Positions 1-10,451 of a stretch of 64,000 nucleotides of DNA are shown one piece after another (position 1 is the first letter of the stretch; the number at the start of each line of letters is the position of its first letter). Below the pieces are notes generated by a model. It did no database searches. It was not told where the DNA came from and saw nothing but the letters and a program-made list of their open reading frames with translations. The stretch is from an uncultured cyanobacterium (GTDB lineage: Bacteria; Cyanobacteriota; Cyanobacteriia; Cyanobacteriales; Nostocaceae), in assembly GCA_963740315.1 (NCBI GenBank), contig CAVUDP010000004.1:832001-896000 (forward strand). The letters are read 5' to 3'. A program made the translations under genes and the position numbers.

Positions 1-795
1 TGGAAAAATACAGTCGGTTTTGTCAATACGATTAAAGAAGTAACAGCCGAAACCGATGAAAGTATGATACAAGCGATCGGCGAACGCGCAATTACTCTTT
101 ACAACGATCGTTCCCAAGGATATCAAAAAGGTTTATGGCTGTACCAAACTGTTGACAGTACCGATAAAGCTTTGGGTGCGGCAGCTTTAGCAAACAAAGT
201 TAGTGGAAAAATTCCTTTAATTGGAGGTTTATTAAACAGATTTACTCCCAAAGCTGATAAAGCACAAACTATTGATTTATCTTTGAAATTAATCGCCGAG
301 TTGCTAGCTTTTTGCAGCATCAACGGTATTCCTGGAGATAGCATTGGCGATTTTGTCGCTTCTTTGGGTGAATACTCCGGTGAATCCTATATCCGGATGT
401 TAGGACTTGTCTGCTTCGATGGTTTGATTCCTCTAGGTCCCGATTTTATTCAACAAGCACAATCTGCACTTAATGGAATGAGTCCTAAAGAATTGGAAGA
501 CAACTCCACATTCCAGCAGATGAACGATGAGATTCCCGGTAGCAGTTCTGAAGGTAAACTTAACTTTATCGGTTCCAGTTTTGATTCTGTAAAAGGCTGG
601 ATGAGTAACACCGTATCCAAAAATGATTTAACTCCTCAAAAAGTTTCAAGTAAGTTGAACAATTTTGTTGATTTCGCCGATGATAAGTTAGATTATCTCG
701 CCGCTTTCCTCGATGTCAGCACCAACTATTTTGAGCATACAGGTACGCAAACCCTTGCCAAAAGATTAATTGAGCGGGCTGTAGCTGAAATTTAG
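1..795 (+). CDS. Hypothetical protein, 5'-truncated by the window edge
   Basis: Frame 1 is open from base 1 (WKNTVGFVNTIKEVTAETDES-MIQ...) to TAG at 793-795; no motif recognised. Confidence 0.75.
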   Translation, partial: WKNTVGFVNTIKEVTAETDESMIQAIGERAITLYNDRSQGYQKGLWLYQTVDSTDKALGAAALANKVSGKIPLIGGLLNRFTPKADKAQTIDLSLKLIAELLAFCSINGIPGDSIGDFVASLGEYSGESYIRMLGLVCFDGLIPLGPDFIQQAQSALNGMSPKELEDNSTFQQMNDEIPGSSSEGKLNFIGSSFDSVKGWMSNTVSKNDLTPQKVSSKLNNFVDFADDKLDYLAAFLDVSTNYFEHTGTQTLAKRLIERAVAEI

Positions 796-836
796 CTTCA
801 GGATTTACCCAGCGACAACAGAAAATATTCCCCCAA

Positions 837-866
837 CCTCCCTTTAATAAAGGGGGGCTTTTTTTT
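837..866 (+). terminator. Putative intrinsic terminator
   Basis: CCTCCCTTT-AAT-AAAGGGGGG hairpin followed by a T8 run, downstream of the CDS ending at 795. Confidence 0.55.
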
Positions 867-1064
867 GGTAGTTGCTAATAATTATTATTACCGATTCGCT
901 TTTATTAAATTCCAATTATCAACATAAATAAAATTCTTTTTAAAAAGTAAAAAAATAAGCATTTAATAACCTAATAATTGTTTGATTTCTGCTCTCAAAA
1001 TGTAACAGTAAATCGATATGATAATTTGATTCAGCTTTGCTAGGAAACAATTAAATTCATCCTG

Positions 1065-2180
1065 ATGAATCAGCATCATATCGAAGTAACGGTTTCAGCT
1101 AATAATTTCAAAGACAACATCAGCCACATTCGCAATAGGGTTACGCCTTCTCAACTGTGCGTAGTCATGAAAGCCAACGCTTATGGACACGGTTTGCAGG
1201 AATTAGCGCCGACAGCAGTTGCAGCAGGTGCAGACTATATAGGTATTTGTACTAATCCCGAAGCAACAATTATTCGTAACTTAGGTTTAGAGATAAAACT
1301 GTTGCGTTTGCGAATGGCTCTATCTCAAGAATTGGAGGAATCTATCGAATCCCTGAATATTGAAGAACAAATAGGAACCATTGAAGTTGCTAACTATCTT
1401 TCACAAGCAGGAGTAAAACGCGGAAAAAAAATTCCCGTACATATCAACATCGATACAGGAATGGGTAGAAGCGGTTTTTTTTCCAACCAAATAGAAGAAT
1501 TAAAGCAAGTTTGCGGATTACCCGGTATTGATATTGTCGGTGTCATGACTCACTTTGCTAGCTCTGACGGAAAAGATTTAGCCTTTACTCACAATCAAAT
1601 AGAAGACTTTTACAAAGCGCGTGAAGTCCTCAAAGATTACGTAGACCATAACGTATTAACCCACACTCATAACAGCGCGGCGACGGTACGTGTAGCTAAC
1701 GAACACAACCGCTTAGTGAGAGTTGGAGCAGCTTGTTACGGCGTGCGAACCTCCCAGGATTTTCAAAATCCTCCCGAACTAAAGCCAGTAATGTCAGTAA
1801 AAACCAGGGTAGCGCAAGTCAGAAAAATACCCAAAGGTAAAACCATCGGTTACGGTAGCTTATTTACCACTCAGCGAGATAGTTTAGTTGCATCCTTACC
1901 AGTAGGATTTGGCGAAGGTTATCCGCGATCGCTATTTAATAAAGGTATTGTTCTAATTAAAGGTCATCGCTGTCCCGTAGTCGGACGAGTATCATTAAAC
2001 ATCACCACGGTAGATATTACGGACATCCCAGAGCCAGTAGAATGGGGAGACGAAGTAGTATTAGTAGGAACTCAAGGTAACGAAGAAATCACCTTCGAGG
2101 AATTAGCAGATAAATTTGCCAGCGTACACACCGAAATCAACTTGATGGCAGGTTTTATGAATCAGATTAGTTATGTATAA
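1065..2180 (+). CDS. alr: Alanine racemase (PLP-dependent)
   Basis: VMKANAYGHG PLP-lysine motif, DTGMGRSG, HNSAA, IGYG and C-terminal GRVS motifs. Confidence 0.9.
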   Translation: MNQHHIEVTVSANNFKDNISHIRNRVTPSQLCVVMKANAYGHGLQELAPTAVAAGADYIGICTNPEATIIRNLGLEIKLLRLRMALSQELEESIESLNIEEQIGTIEVANYLSQAGVKRGKKIPVHINIDTGMGRSGFFSNQIEELKQVCGLPGIDIVGVMTHFASSDGKDLAFTHNQIEDFYKAREVLKDYVDHNVLTHTHNSAATVRVANEHNRLVRVGAACYGVRTSQDFQNPPELKPVMSVKTRVAQVRKIPKGKTIGYGSLFTTQRDSLVASLPVGFGEGYPRSLFNKGIVLIKGHRCPVVGRVSLNITTVDITDIPEPVEWGDEVVLVGTQGNEEITFEELADKFASVHTEINLMAGFMNQISYV

Positions 2181-2236
2181 AAGTTAGGAGTTAAGAATTA
2201 GGAGTTAGGAGTTAAGAATGAGGCTTAGACTTGTTC

Positions 2237-2453
2237 CTATTAGTCTTTTTCATTAATTCTGATAGGTTTGTAGTAAGGGCTTAGGTTCCCTAAATCCGGA
2301 GGCGAAGACAGCGCTTACTACGAACCTTTTTACCCTTCAAAACTTTTGAAATGGACTACTATTAGTCTTTTTCATTAATTCTGATAGGTTTGTAGTAAGG
2401 GCTTTAGCCCCCTAAATCCGGAGGCGAAGACAGCGCTTACTACGAACCTTTTT
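2237..2453. repeat. Tandem pair of ~120-bp palindromic REP/MITE-like elements
   Basis: Two near-identical units starting CTATTAGTCTTTTTCATTAATTCTGATAGG (2237, 2359) with GGTTTGTAGTAAG...CTTACTACGAACC inverted arms. Confidence 0.8.
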
Positions 2454-2463
2454 CTTCCAATGC

Positions 2464-3231
2464 CTAATTCGGTAACTTCAAATTCGCTACAACTGCATTT
2501 AAATATGGTTGAAATATCGACAAATTCTCCAACTTTTCAAAGGTACCAGTTTTCAGATCCGGGGCAAAAGCAGTATTAATTAAATAAAGTGATTTACCAT
2601 CAAAAGCTACATAACCTGTATGCTGTTCGTATACTCCACCCTTTTGTTTAAGTCCGGCAAAACCGTAACGTACTCCTTGAAGTTTACCAACTTGTGCTGT
2701 CTGTGGTGGATAAGCAGAAAATAATACACCATCCGGTGTTTTAGCTGTCTTTGACTTATCGTCATAAACATATTTACGGCTTTGAGCTAATACCCCATAT
2801 TGATTCTTTACCCAGGAATTAAGTGCTGTTGTTACCTGGGTAATATATCTAAGACTTTGATAATTTATACTTGAATTAGGTGGAATACCAGTATTAAGCA
2901 GCATCCTTTGAAAGTTAAGCTGAGTTTGCAAAGGTAAAATTTCTATTTCCACCGTACCTACAGGTTTACCATTCGCCGAAACACACAGCAGAGAATTATT
3001 TTCTTCGCAAGGATTAATTTTCCAACCGGGTGGAAGCGAAGTTTGTTCTATTAATAAATTGTTCCAAATATTATTTTGGTTAGAATTTGCACTAACTAAA
3101 CTTGTAGTTGGTGTTGGTGTTTTTACCGAATTTGGTTCTACATTTTTATTTGCAGAAAAATAAGAAACACCACTTGCAATACCTACCGGAATTAATATAA
3201 AACCTAGCAATACATGATAAAGTCGGATCAT
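2464..3231 (-). CDS. Hypothetical exported or membrane-anchored protein
   Basis: 255-aa ORF with hydrophobic N-terminus and a Thr/Pro/Ser linker. Confidence 0.7.
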   Translation of the reverse strand: MIRLYHVLLGFILIPVGIASGVSYFSANKNVEPNSVKTPTPTTSLVSANSNQNNIWNNLLIEQTSLPPGWKINPCEENNSLLCVSANGKPVGTVEIEILPLQTQLNFQRMLLNTGIPPNSSINYQSLRYITQVTTALNSWVKNQYGVLAQSRKYVYDDKSKTAKTPDGVLFSAYPPQTAQVGKLQGVRYGFAGLKQKGGVYEQHTGYVAFDGKSLYLINTAFAPDLKTGTFEKLENLSIFQPYLNAVVANLKLPN

Positions 3232-3303
3232 TTTACTTCAAAATAAATATAGGTTAAAGGTTGAAGGTTAAAGGTCTGCATGTCTGCATGTTATCCCCAT
3301 TCC

Positions 3304-6300
3304 CTAAAACGCCCCAGGGGTGTTACCGAAAATGGTTTCATCTTCCATTTCATCATCTAATTCTAAAGGTAAATTTGGTTCGCCTTCTGCACTTTCAATT
3401 TGCCCTATCGAGGGAGTTTCTTCCAATGCAATCTCTGTTTTTTCGCCTGTATTTGTATCACCTATGTATGATTGATACGACAGCAAACGTTGAAGTTCCT
3501 CAAATTTATCTAAAGTAAATACCGCACCATTAGAATAAGCAATTTCTTTGTGTGCCTCCGCAATGATAGCTTGAAATAAGCAGGCGTTGGAAAGATTGAC
3601 TAAATCGAGATTTACTCCCAAAAGGTTAGCACCTGTGAGATTTGCACCAGTAAGTTTGGCGCTTGTTAGATTTGCGTTAATCAAATTTGCACCTGTTAAA
3701 TCAGCACCAGTCAGGTTTACATTTGCAAGGTTTGCGCCTGCTAAACAAGCATCTTTTAACTGAGCATTTGATAAATCTGTATTCGCTAAGTTGACTCCAC
3801 CTAACATTGCTTGTGTTAAATCGGCTTTTGATAAGTTGAGGGATGCTAAAGATTTTTCACCAATGCGCCCTTTTATAATGCCTGGGTGAAAAACAGCAGT
3901 TTTTGCAATCAATTTTGTTAGTGTTTGGGGATGCAATTCTGTCGAGGCTGGATTGAAGCAAGGGGAAAAAGTCACTTTTATTTCTCGGTAGCAAGCACTA
4001 AGCAATAAAAACACATTTATTCCTACTGCTGCATTTACCTGCTCTACATTTACAGGATTTTGCAATTGTTTAAAATTAAACCAAGCCTTATGTGCTATGC
4101 CTTCATCCAACCAACGCCCGCGTGAGTAAGGGTACCAAAAAGCCCCCAAGCGATCGCATAATAATTCAAAGGAGAATTTATGCTTTTTTTCCTGCCGCAA
4201 TCCTTCAATAACGAGTTCTTCAATTTCTTGTGTAAGAATACCGTAACCAAATAGATAGTAAAGATGTTCGGCAATGCTGCTAGGAGAATCTAACAAAAAA
4301 ATCATTTCTCCATAAGCGTTGCGATCGCGTTTGGTTAAAGCTTTTAATTTGCTGACAATCGAAGCAGCACAGAGATATTCTCCCAATTTTGAATGAGAGA
4401 ATTCGATGGTAGATGGGGGAGAGGGGGAAGAGGGGGAGAGGGGGAGAGAGGGAAGAGAGGGAATGGGAATTTTTAATAGTTTTAAAATAAAAAGCACTTA
4501 GCGTACTAAAATCACTTGTTAAATCTATTTTTTTATTCCCCGAAAATAAAATTTGCAGTGCTACTGCTTCCATTTCATCGATTAATACGGCTGCTTCTGA
4601 GGTGTAGTGAATATGTGGGGAAATTGCGCCGGAAACTCGATAGCCGAACAACCATTGATTGAGACGTTGGTATATTGCCCACGATATTACAACGTTATTC
4701 GTGTAATGATTAATAGCTAATTGCAATATTTCATTATCAAGTAATTCCTCACGATGTAATATTCCTAGTAAATACAACATCAAAGGCTGACAAACTAAAT
4801 TTGAAAGTGGAAATTGAGATTTCTGAGAAAACGCTTTATTCTTTTTTAATAATGTAAAGTAGTTTTGAGCAACTCCGTTAGATTGCACTTTTGCCCAACT
4901 TGCAAACCATAACTTCCATTCATTTTGTCCCCAAGCTTGAATCTTAATCCGCTGTAATTTTGATGCTGCTTTAGCGACGATATCTTCTAATGCCCAGCTT
5001 TGAGATGTCAAAATAATTTTATGTTTTAACCTATGTCCAAACTGCGATTGAAATTCAAATAACTGCTGCATAAAAATGGCAAATACAGTTTTATTTTCAG
5101 CGCTGTTGGGTAGTTCGTTTAATCCATCAAGTATTAGTAAGCATTTATTTTTAGGTTCTTCGAGCCAAACAGATAAACTAATTTGATAATTTTTGATAAA
5201 AGTCGATTCAAGAGTTTCTTGGAAATTATCGCCCCATTTTATTTCATTGAGACTAATTAATACTGGTATCCAGTCGGGGTAAAACTTCCGCGCTACTCGT
5301 GCGGCGAATATTTGACAGAAACTAGTTTTTCCATAACCACTATCTGACTCAATTACGGTAATAGTTTCTAAATCTTCCAATTGCGAAACCACCCACTTCA
5401 TTAAATCAACTGTTTGATGATTTTCATTTAAAGCTAAACCCGTAGGTGGAACGTATATATCCTTCAGACAAAAAGATTCTATTGACAGCGGTTCGCCGAG
5501 CTTTTTAATCAAGCTTGCCCGATACTTTTCTCTTTTTAAATCAATTTTATCATCTGATTTCCAATGAATTTCCGTAGTTCTTAATTTAACAGAATTTCCC
5601 AATCCAAAAAATTTTTGTAACTGAACCAATTCGGTTGCATTTTCGCTGACAACCACAATAAAATTTCCTAAGAGTTTATGTTCCAAGCGGCGAATAATCA
5701 ATTCCGCTTCTAATTTTGGAACGCTATTAGCAACTAACCAACTTACAGTAATCTTATTAATTTGTTGTAAAAAAGAAGAATTAGCAACCTTATCTAATAA
5801 CTCTTCTGCTTGCACATCACTCAGTCTTTCCCCACGCAAAATTTTTATCAAAGCTTGCAAATGTTCATCTTGCAAAGCTTTCATATAACCAAATTTCCCC
5901 TCTCTTGTCACGCCACTTTGCTCAACGCGGGGAACCCCCGCACGCAAGTGGCTCCCCTTGTCCCCTACATACACTAATACCCTTTCCAACCAAAGCGAAA
6001 GACGAATCTCCTCAATCAGAACATCTTCTAAAGCTTGTAAATAAGCAACTTGAAACGCCAACCAAGTAGCTTCCGAACGTTCAAAAGGCTTATTTTGTCC
6101 CAATAAACCCAAAATACTCCGTGTTAACCGAGCAAATATACCAATTTCTTGCCAAACAACCCCTAAAGGAAGTTCCAAAACTTCTGCTAAAGTACATATA
6201 TCAAATGGTGAGGGGCTTCTAACTTTCATATCCTGAATGATTCGCAAGACGATACCTGTCATTTGTGCTTGCGAAAACCCTTTAATTTGACTTATTTCGA

Positions 6301-6340
6301 TATAATTTTCTGCTAACCAATGCCGAATGTTTAAGTTCAT
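3304..6340 (-). pseudogene. NACHT/STAND-like P-loop protein with C-terminal pentapeptide repeats; frameshifted at ~4415-4465 (possibly an assembly error)
   Basis: Upstream ORF has SDSGYGKTS (Walker A-like) and LLILDGLNE (Walker B-like); overlapping downstream ORF continues EFSHSKLGEYL into A(D/N)Lxx repeats; frame switch lies in a C-run repeat. Confidence 0.7.
5910..5954. repeat. 45-nt structured dispersed repeat inserted in frame in the NACHT gene
   Basis: ACGCCACTTTGCTCAACGCGGGGAACCCCCGCACGCAAGTGGCTC interrupts a CTTGTCCCC repeat; related copy at 61693-61737. Confidence 0.75.
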
Positions 6341-6595
6341 TTACATACTCAGTAAGCGCTGTATACGGCAATTATTATTCATTTTATATTTTAATTTTTA
6401 GATTGCGGGTATTCAGTATTGAGTTTTGAGTGAGGAATTAAGAGTTTTGAGTTAGGAATTACGAGTAATTTATTATTCTCCTTGTCCCCTTGTCCCTTTG
6501 TCTCCCCCTCTTCCCCCTCTCCCCCCTCTACCCCCTCTCCCCCCTCCCCTCTTCCAAAAGCTGCATCTAAATAACGAATTCTTTGTAAATTAACT

Positions 6596-8371
6596 ATGAG
6601 CGATCGCCCGAAAAAATTATTGTTAATTGATTCCGATCCCATTTTTAGACTGGGATTACGTCAAACTCTGGAAGAATTCGTTGACTTAGAAGTTATAGCA
6701 GAAGCCGAAACCTACACTGCCGCGTTGAAAATTTTAGCAGAATTGGCGCAATTAGACCCCGATCGAGTGAATTTGGTAGTTTTGGAACCGGATAATAATC
6801 GTTCTGCAAATAGCCAAGAACTTGGTTTGCAAATAATTAGACAGTTAAAAACTCAGTATCCAAATTTACCCATTTTGCTTCTGTGCCATATTCTTCAACC
6901 TGGAATACTCATAGCGTTAAAAGCTGAAGGAGTAAACGGTTACTGTCCCAAGGGTACTCCTGTTTCCGAATTAATCGTCGCCATGCAACAAGTTGCAAAA
7001 GGAAATTCCTATTGGATTCACGAAACTCAACAATTAAAACAATGGGAAGGTGAAACAATCGGGGAAGCATTGCAACCAAAACGCCAATCCCAGAACATTC
7101 TAATTAATAAGTTACGAAACAATTGGCACTTATCGGGAAGCAATTATATAAAAACTAGCTTGATAGAAGTTACCAGACAACTGCAAATCCCTGGATTAAC
7201 AGTACTAAATAAAGCTATTTTAGCTGGAAGACGACGGGAACTACTTGCAGCACAATGGTTACTTGATAATTTACTAGATTCACCCCAAGCACAACAAAAT
7301 GGGAGCAACACTTTTATTCCTGCCAGGGAATTACCGTTACCCAAACCAGATAGCATTATTACCGTCGCTAACCCTACAACAAACCCTCTGAGTCCGCCTT
7401 TACTCAGTCCAAGAGCTTTACAAGCAACATTATTGACATCATGTATTAATAAACTTCAATTTAGTTTACAAAACGTCACCGATATTCCATTAGAAATAGA
7501 TATTTTACGAGAAGATAAAAAGCGAGATTTACTTTATTTATTATTACAGAAATTTACCGATTCTTTGGATCAATTACGTAATTCCGAACTAGAAATAAGT
7601 CAATTAAAAGAAGTTAATTTATTATTATTAGCAGACGTATGGCAAGCAGCCATTAAAGAATTTTTTGGTAAATTTGCGCGAATAAAATTAGATAATATAG
7701 AATTAGAAATTGTCAATATATTGTTACAAAATGAAGAGATAGTCAAAGCAGAAATTCTTAATCAAATTCCTTTAACAACCGAATTATTATCTTATTTAAT
7801 ATTTCAAACAGACCTATACGTAGATAATACATCTTACCCACCAGGCAGTTACGAAGCCAACGAACAGGCTGGCATGATTTTAGAAAATATGTTGATTCAA
7901 ATTGCTAATGCCGTCATGCAGCCACTGTTAAATAGATTAGCGGATATAGAAGCGATAAAAAAAGATTATTACAGCCGCCAACTAATTTCCACCAGAGAAA
8001 TCGAACGTTTCAGAAACGATTTATCGTGGAAATATCGCTGGCAAAATTATGTAGGAGAAGCCCAAAAAATATTCGAGAGCCATTACGAATTATTTGTTCT
8101 AGCACCTCGCGGCATAGCCAAAGTCTTAATATACGCACCTCGCAACAGCGAATTAGCACAACTTGAAGGAATCCCTTTAGTAGTGACATTATTACTAGAA
8201 TTACGGGATGCAGCCACACCCCGCATACAGTCGCTAGTATCCTTTCTAGGTAACGGTGTAGTTTTCGTTCTTACCCGCGTAGTTGGTAGAGGAGTCGGTT
8301 TAATAGTTCGTGGTGTTCTTCAAGGCATCGGTAGCGCCTCATTACCAGAAAGGAAGAGGAATCGGGATTAG
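6596..8371 (+). CDS. Receiver-domain / DUF3685 protein (Ycf55-like)
   Basis: N-terminal LLLIDSDPIFRLGL receiver-like fold; C-terminal ISTREIERFRNDLSW...YAPR block. Confidence 0.75.
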   Translation: MSDRPKKLLLIDSDPIFRLGLRQTLEEFVDLEVIAEAETYTAALKILAELAQLDPDRVNLVVLEPDNNRSANSQELGLQIIRQLKTQYPNLPILLLCHILQPGILIALKAEGVNGYCPKGTPVSELIVAMQQVAKGNSYWIHETQQLKQWEGETIGEALQPKRQSQNILINKLRNNWHLSGSNYIKTSLIEVTRQLQIPGLTVLNKAILAGRRRELLAAQWLLDNLLDSPQAQQNGSNTFIPARELPLPKPDSIITVANPTTNPLSPPLLSPRALQATLLTSCINKLQFSLQNVTDIPLEIDILREDKKRDLLYLLLQKFTDSLDQLRNSELEISQLKEVNLLLLADVWQAAIKEFFGKFARIKLDNIELEIVNILLQNEEIVKAEILNQIPLTTELLSYLIFQTDLYVDNTSYPPGSYEANEQAGMILENMLIQIANAVMQPLLNRLADIEAIKKDYYSRQLISTREIERFRNDLSWKYRWQNYVGEAQKIFESHYELFVLAPRGIAKVLIYAPRNSELAQLEGIPLVVTLLLELRDAATPRIQSLVSFLGNGVVFVLTRVVGRGVGLIVRGVLQGIGSASLPERKRNRD

Positions 8372-8720
8372 ATGGGGGGATGGGGAGATGGGGAGATGGG
8401 GAGATGGGGAGATGGGGAGATGGGGAGATGGGGAGACAAGGAGATGGGGAGATGGGGAGATAAGGAGATGGGGAGACAAGGAGATGGGGAGATGGGGAGA
8501 CAAGGAGATGGGGAGATGGGGAGACAAGGAGACAAGGAGACAAAAAATAGTTAGGAGTTAGGAATAAAGAGTTAGGAGTTAGGAGTTAGGAGTTAGGAAT
8601 TAGGAGTTAGGAGTGAGGAGTTAAGAGTGAGGAATTAATACTTGTCCCCCCATCTCCCCATCTCCCCAAAGGTTACTGAGCTTGTCGAAGTACTCCCCAT
8701 CTCCCCCTCTACCCCCTCTT
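8372..8720. repeat. STRR arrays (GGGGAGAT/GGAGACAA 8-mers, TTAGGAG 7-mers, CTCCCCAT)
   Basis: Directly visible tandem repeats between convergent genes. Confidence 0.95.
8669..8692. repeat. ~24-nt small dispersed repeat inserted in an STRR
   Basis: AAGGTTACTGAGCTTGTCGAAGTA; identical copy at 50665-50688 and an interrupted copy at 10372-10420. Confidence 0.8.
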
Positions 8721-8737
8721 TCCAATTGATAATTGAT

Positions 8738-10170
8738 TTACCGATTTCGCAGAAAGTAAAAAACATTGTCCCAAAAATCTTGCGATCGCACATTCTCAAA
8801 TCTTTGCTTGTTCCATTCCCATGCTGTTTGTGCGATTATTTCTGAAAAGCTCGAATAAACTGATGATAAATTAGCTAATTTATTAATTTTGATTTTTTCA
8901 GCAATAGCTAAAGCAATTATATTTATTGACTCTCTTGCTTCTGCTCCTAATAATGAAGCTCCTAATATTTCACCGTTACGGCGAACGATTATTTTACAAA
9001 TACCTGTAGTTTCGTCTGTTAATTGAGCAGATGCTAATGTTTTAAAATACTGGCGCAAAACTAAAATTTCGCTTCCGTATCGATTTTTGGCTTGTGTTTC
9101 CGTTAAACCAACTTGCGCGAACATTGGTTGAGTTAAGATTCCCCAAGGAATAGCTTGATAATTAATTTTATATCTTGGAAACAACAAAGCGTTTTTAATC
9201 GCAATTTTCGCTTCGTAATTAGCAATGTTTGGTAAATTGTAACCACCAATTACTTCTCCACAAGCATAAATCCGATGATTGGTAGTTTGTAGTTTTTTAT
9301 TAACTAGCAACTTTCGGGAATTATACTTTACTCCTACAGCCGCTAAATTCAACGATTCAATAAAAGGTTTTTCTGCAACAGCTACTAATATTTCATCGGT
9401 TTCTATAGCGATATCTCCCGCTTGCAGCCACTTTTTACCTTCAATTGACCGAATTTGAGTTACAGTAGTTTGCGTAAAAACACGCACCCCTTCAACTTCT
9501 AACTGCGCTTGCAGCGATCGAGCAATTTCCGAGTCAATAGGAGAAATAACAACGGGACTTTTGACTATAAATGTAACGTCATAACCCAACCTTGCTAAAC
9601 TTTGAGCAATTTCTATACTTTGAGGTGTACCGCCAAGAATAACCCAACTTTTTGGCGGCTTAGAACTTTTTAGAACCCTTGCAACATTCGATAAAGTCAG
9701 AAATTCCGTTTTCTGCAATCCCTCAATATTTGGAATCGCTGCAACCGAACCCGTAGCAAGTAAAAAATTACGTGCTAGTAACCTACGATCGTTAACAATA
9801 AAACATAAATCCGGCGAAGCTTGAAAACAGCCATTGCCTACAACTACATCAACACCTTGCGCCGCTAAAAAAGCAGGTGAAAGCTGTTCTCGAACATTCG
9901 CCGCAACAGCGAACCCCACATCAAAGTTTTTTCCAAAGATACTTGAGGTTTTTCTGCCGCATCACCTCGATCGCAAACCCCAAACCGAGTTAAATCGTTA
10001 AATTTACCAACAACTTTATTAACTTCCCCTATCCCTTGAAGTTGAATCAAATCGTCACGAAATAGCGGTTCAACCAAAGCAACCTTCGCCCTTAGTTGAA
10101 CAGCCTTCAAAGCAGCATCTCGCCCAGCAAGAGTACCGCCAATAATTACGATATCGTAATCAACTGACAT
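8738..10170 (-). pseudogene. NAD(P)/FAD-dependent oxidoreductase (dihydrolipoamide dehydrogenase / mercuric reductase-like); frameshifted at ~9914-9917
   Basis: YDIVIIGG FAD site, LLATGS, ILGG, IYACGEV and dimerisation domain split across two ORFs; one extra G in the GGGG run joins them (MW-G-FAVAAN). Confidence 0.75.
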
Positions 10171-10451
10171 TAGTTGTTAGTAGTTAGTTGTTAGTTGTTA
10201 GTTGTTAGGAGTTAGGAGATGAAGAAAGCCTTGGGTTGCTCCGGGAGCGGAGGGAGCGGAGGAAGCAATTTAAAATTAATTAATATCCCCTGCCTCCCCT
10301 GCTCTCTTCTCCCCATCCCCCCATCTCCCCATCTCCCCATCTCCCCATCACCCCATCTCCCCATCACCCCAAAGGTTACTGAGCAGTTCGACGTAGCTCA
10401 CTGTAAGACTTGTCGAAGTACTCCCCCGAACCCCATCCCCCCATCCCCCCA
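10171..10451. repeat. STRR arrays with nested small dispersed repeats
   Basis: TAGTTGT, CTCCCCAT and CCCCCAT tandem units; nested insertion at 10372-10420. Confidence 0.85.

Noticed and set aside
8271..8845. ORFs rich in SPSPHLPI / GRWGDGEM (also 6391-6642, 10219-10524, 20879-21061, 54713-54940)
   Set aside because: Translations of STRR tandem repeats.
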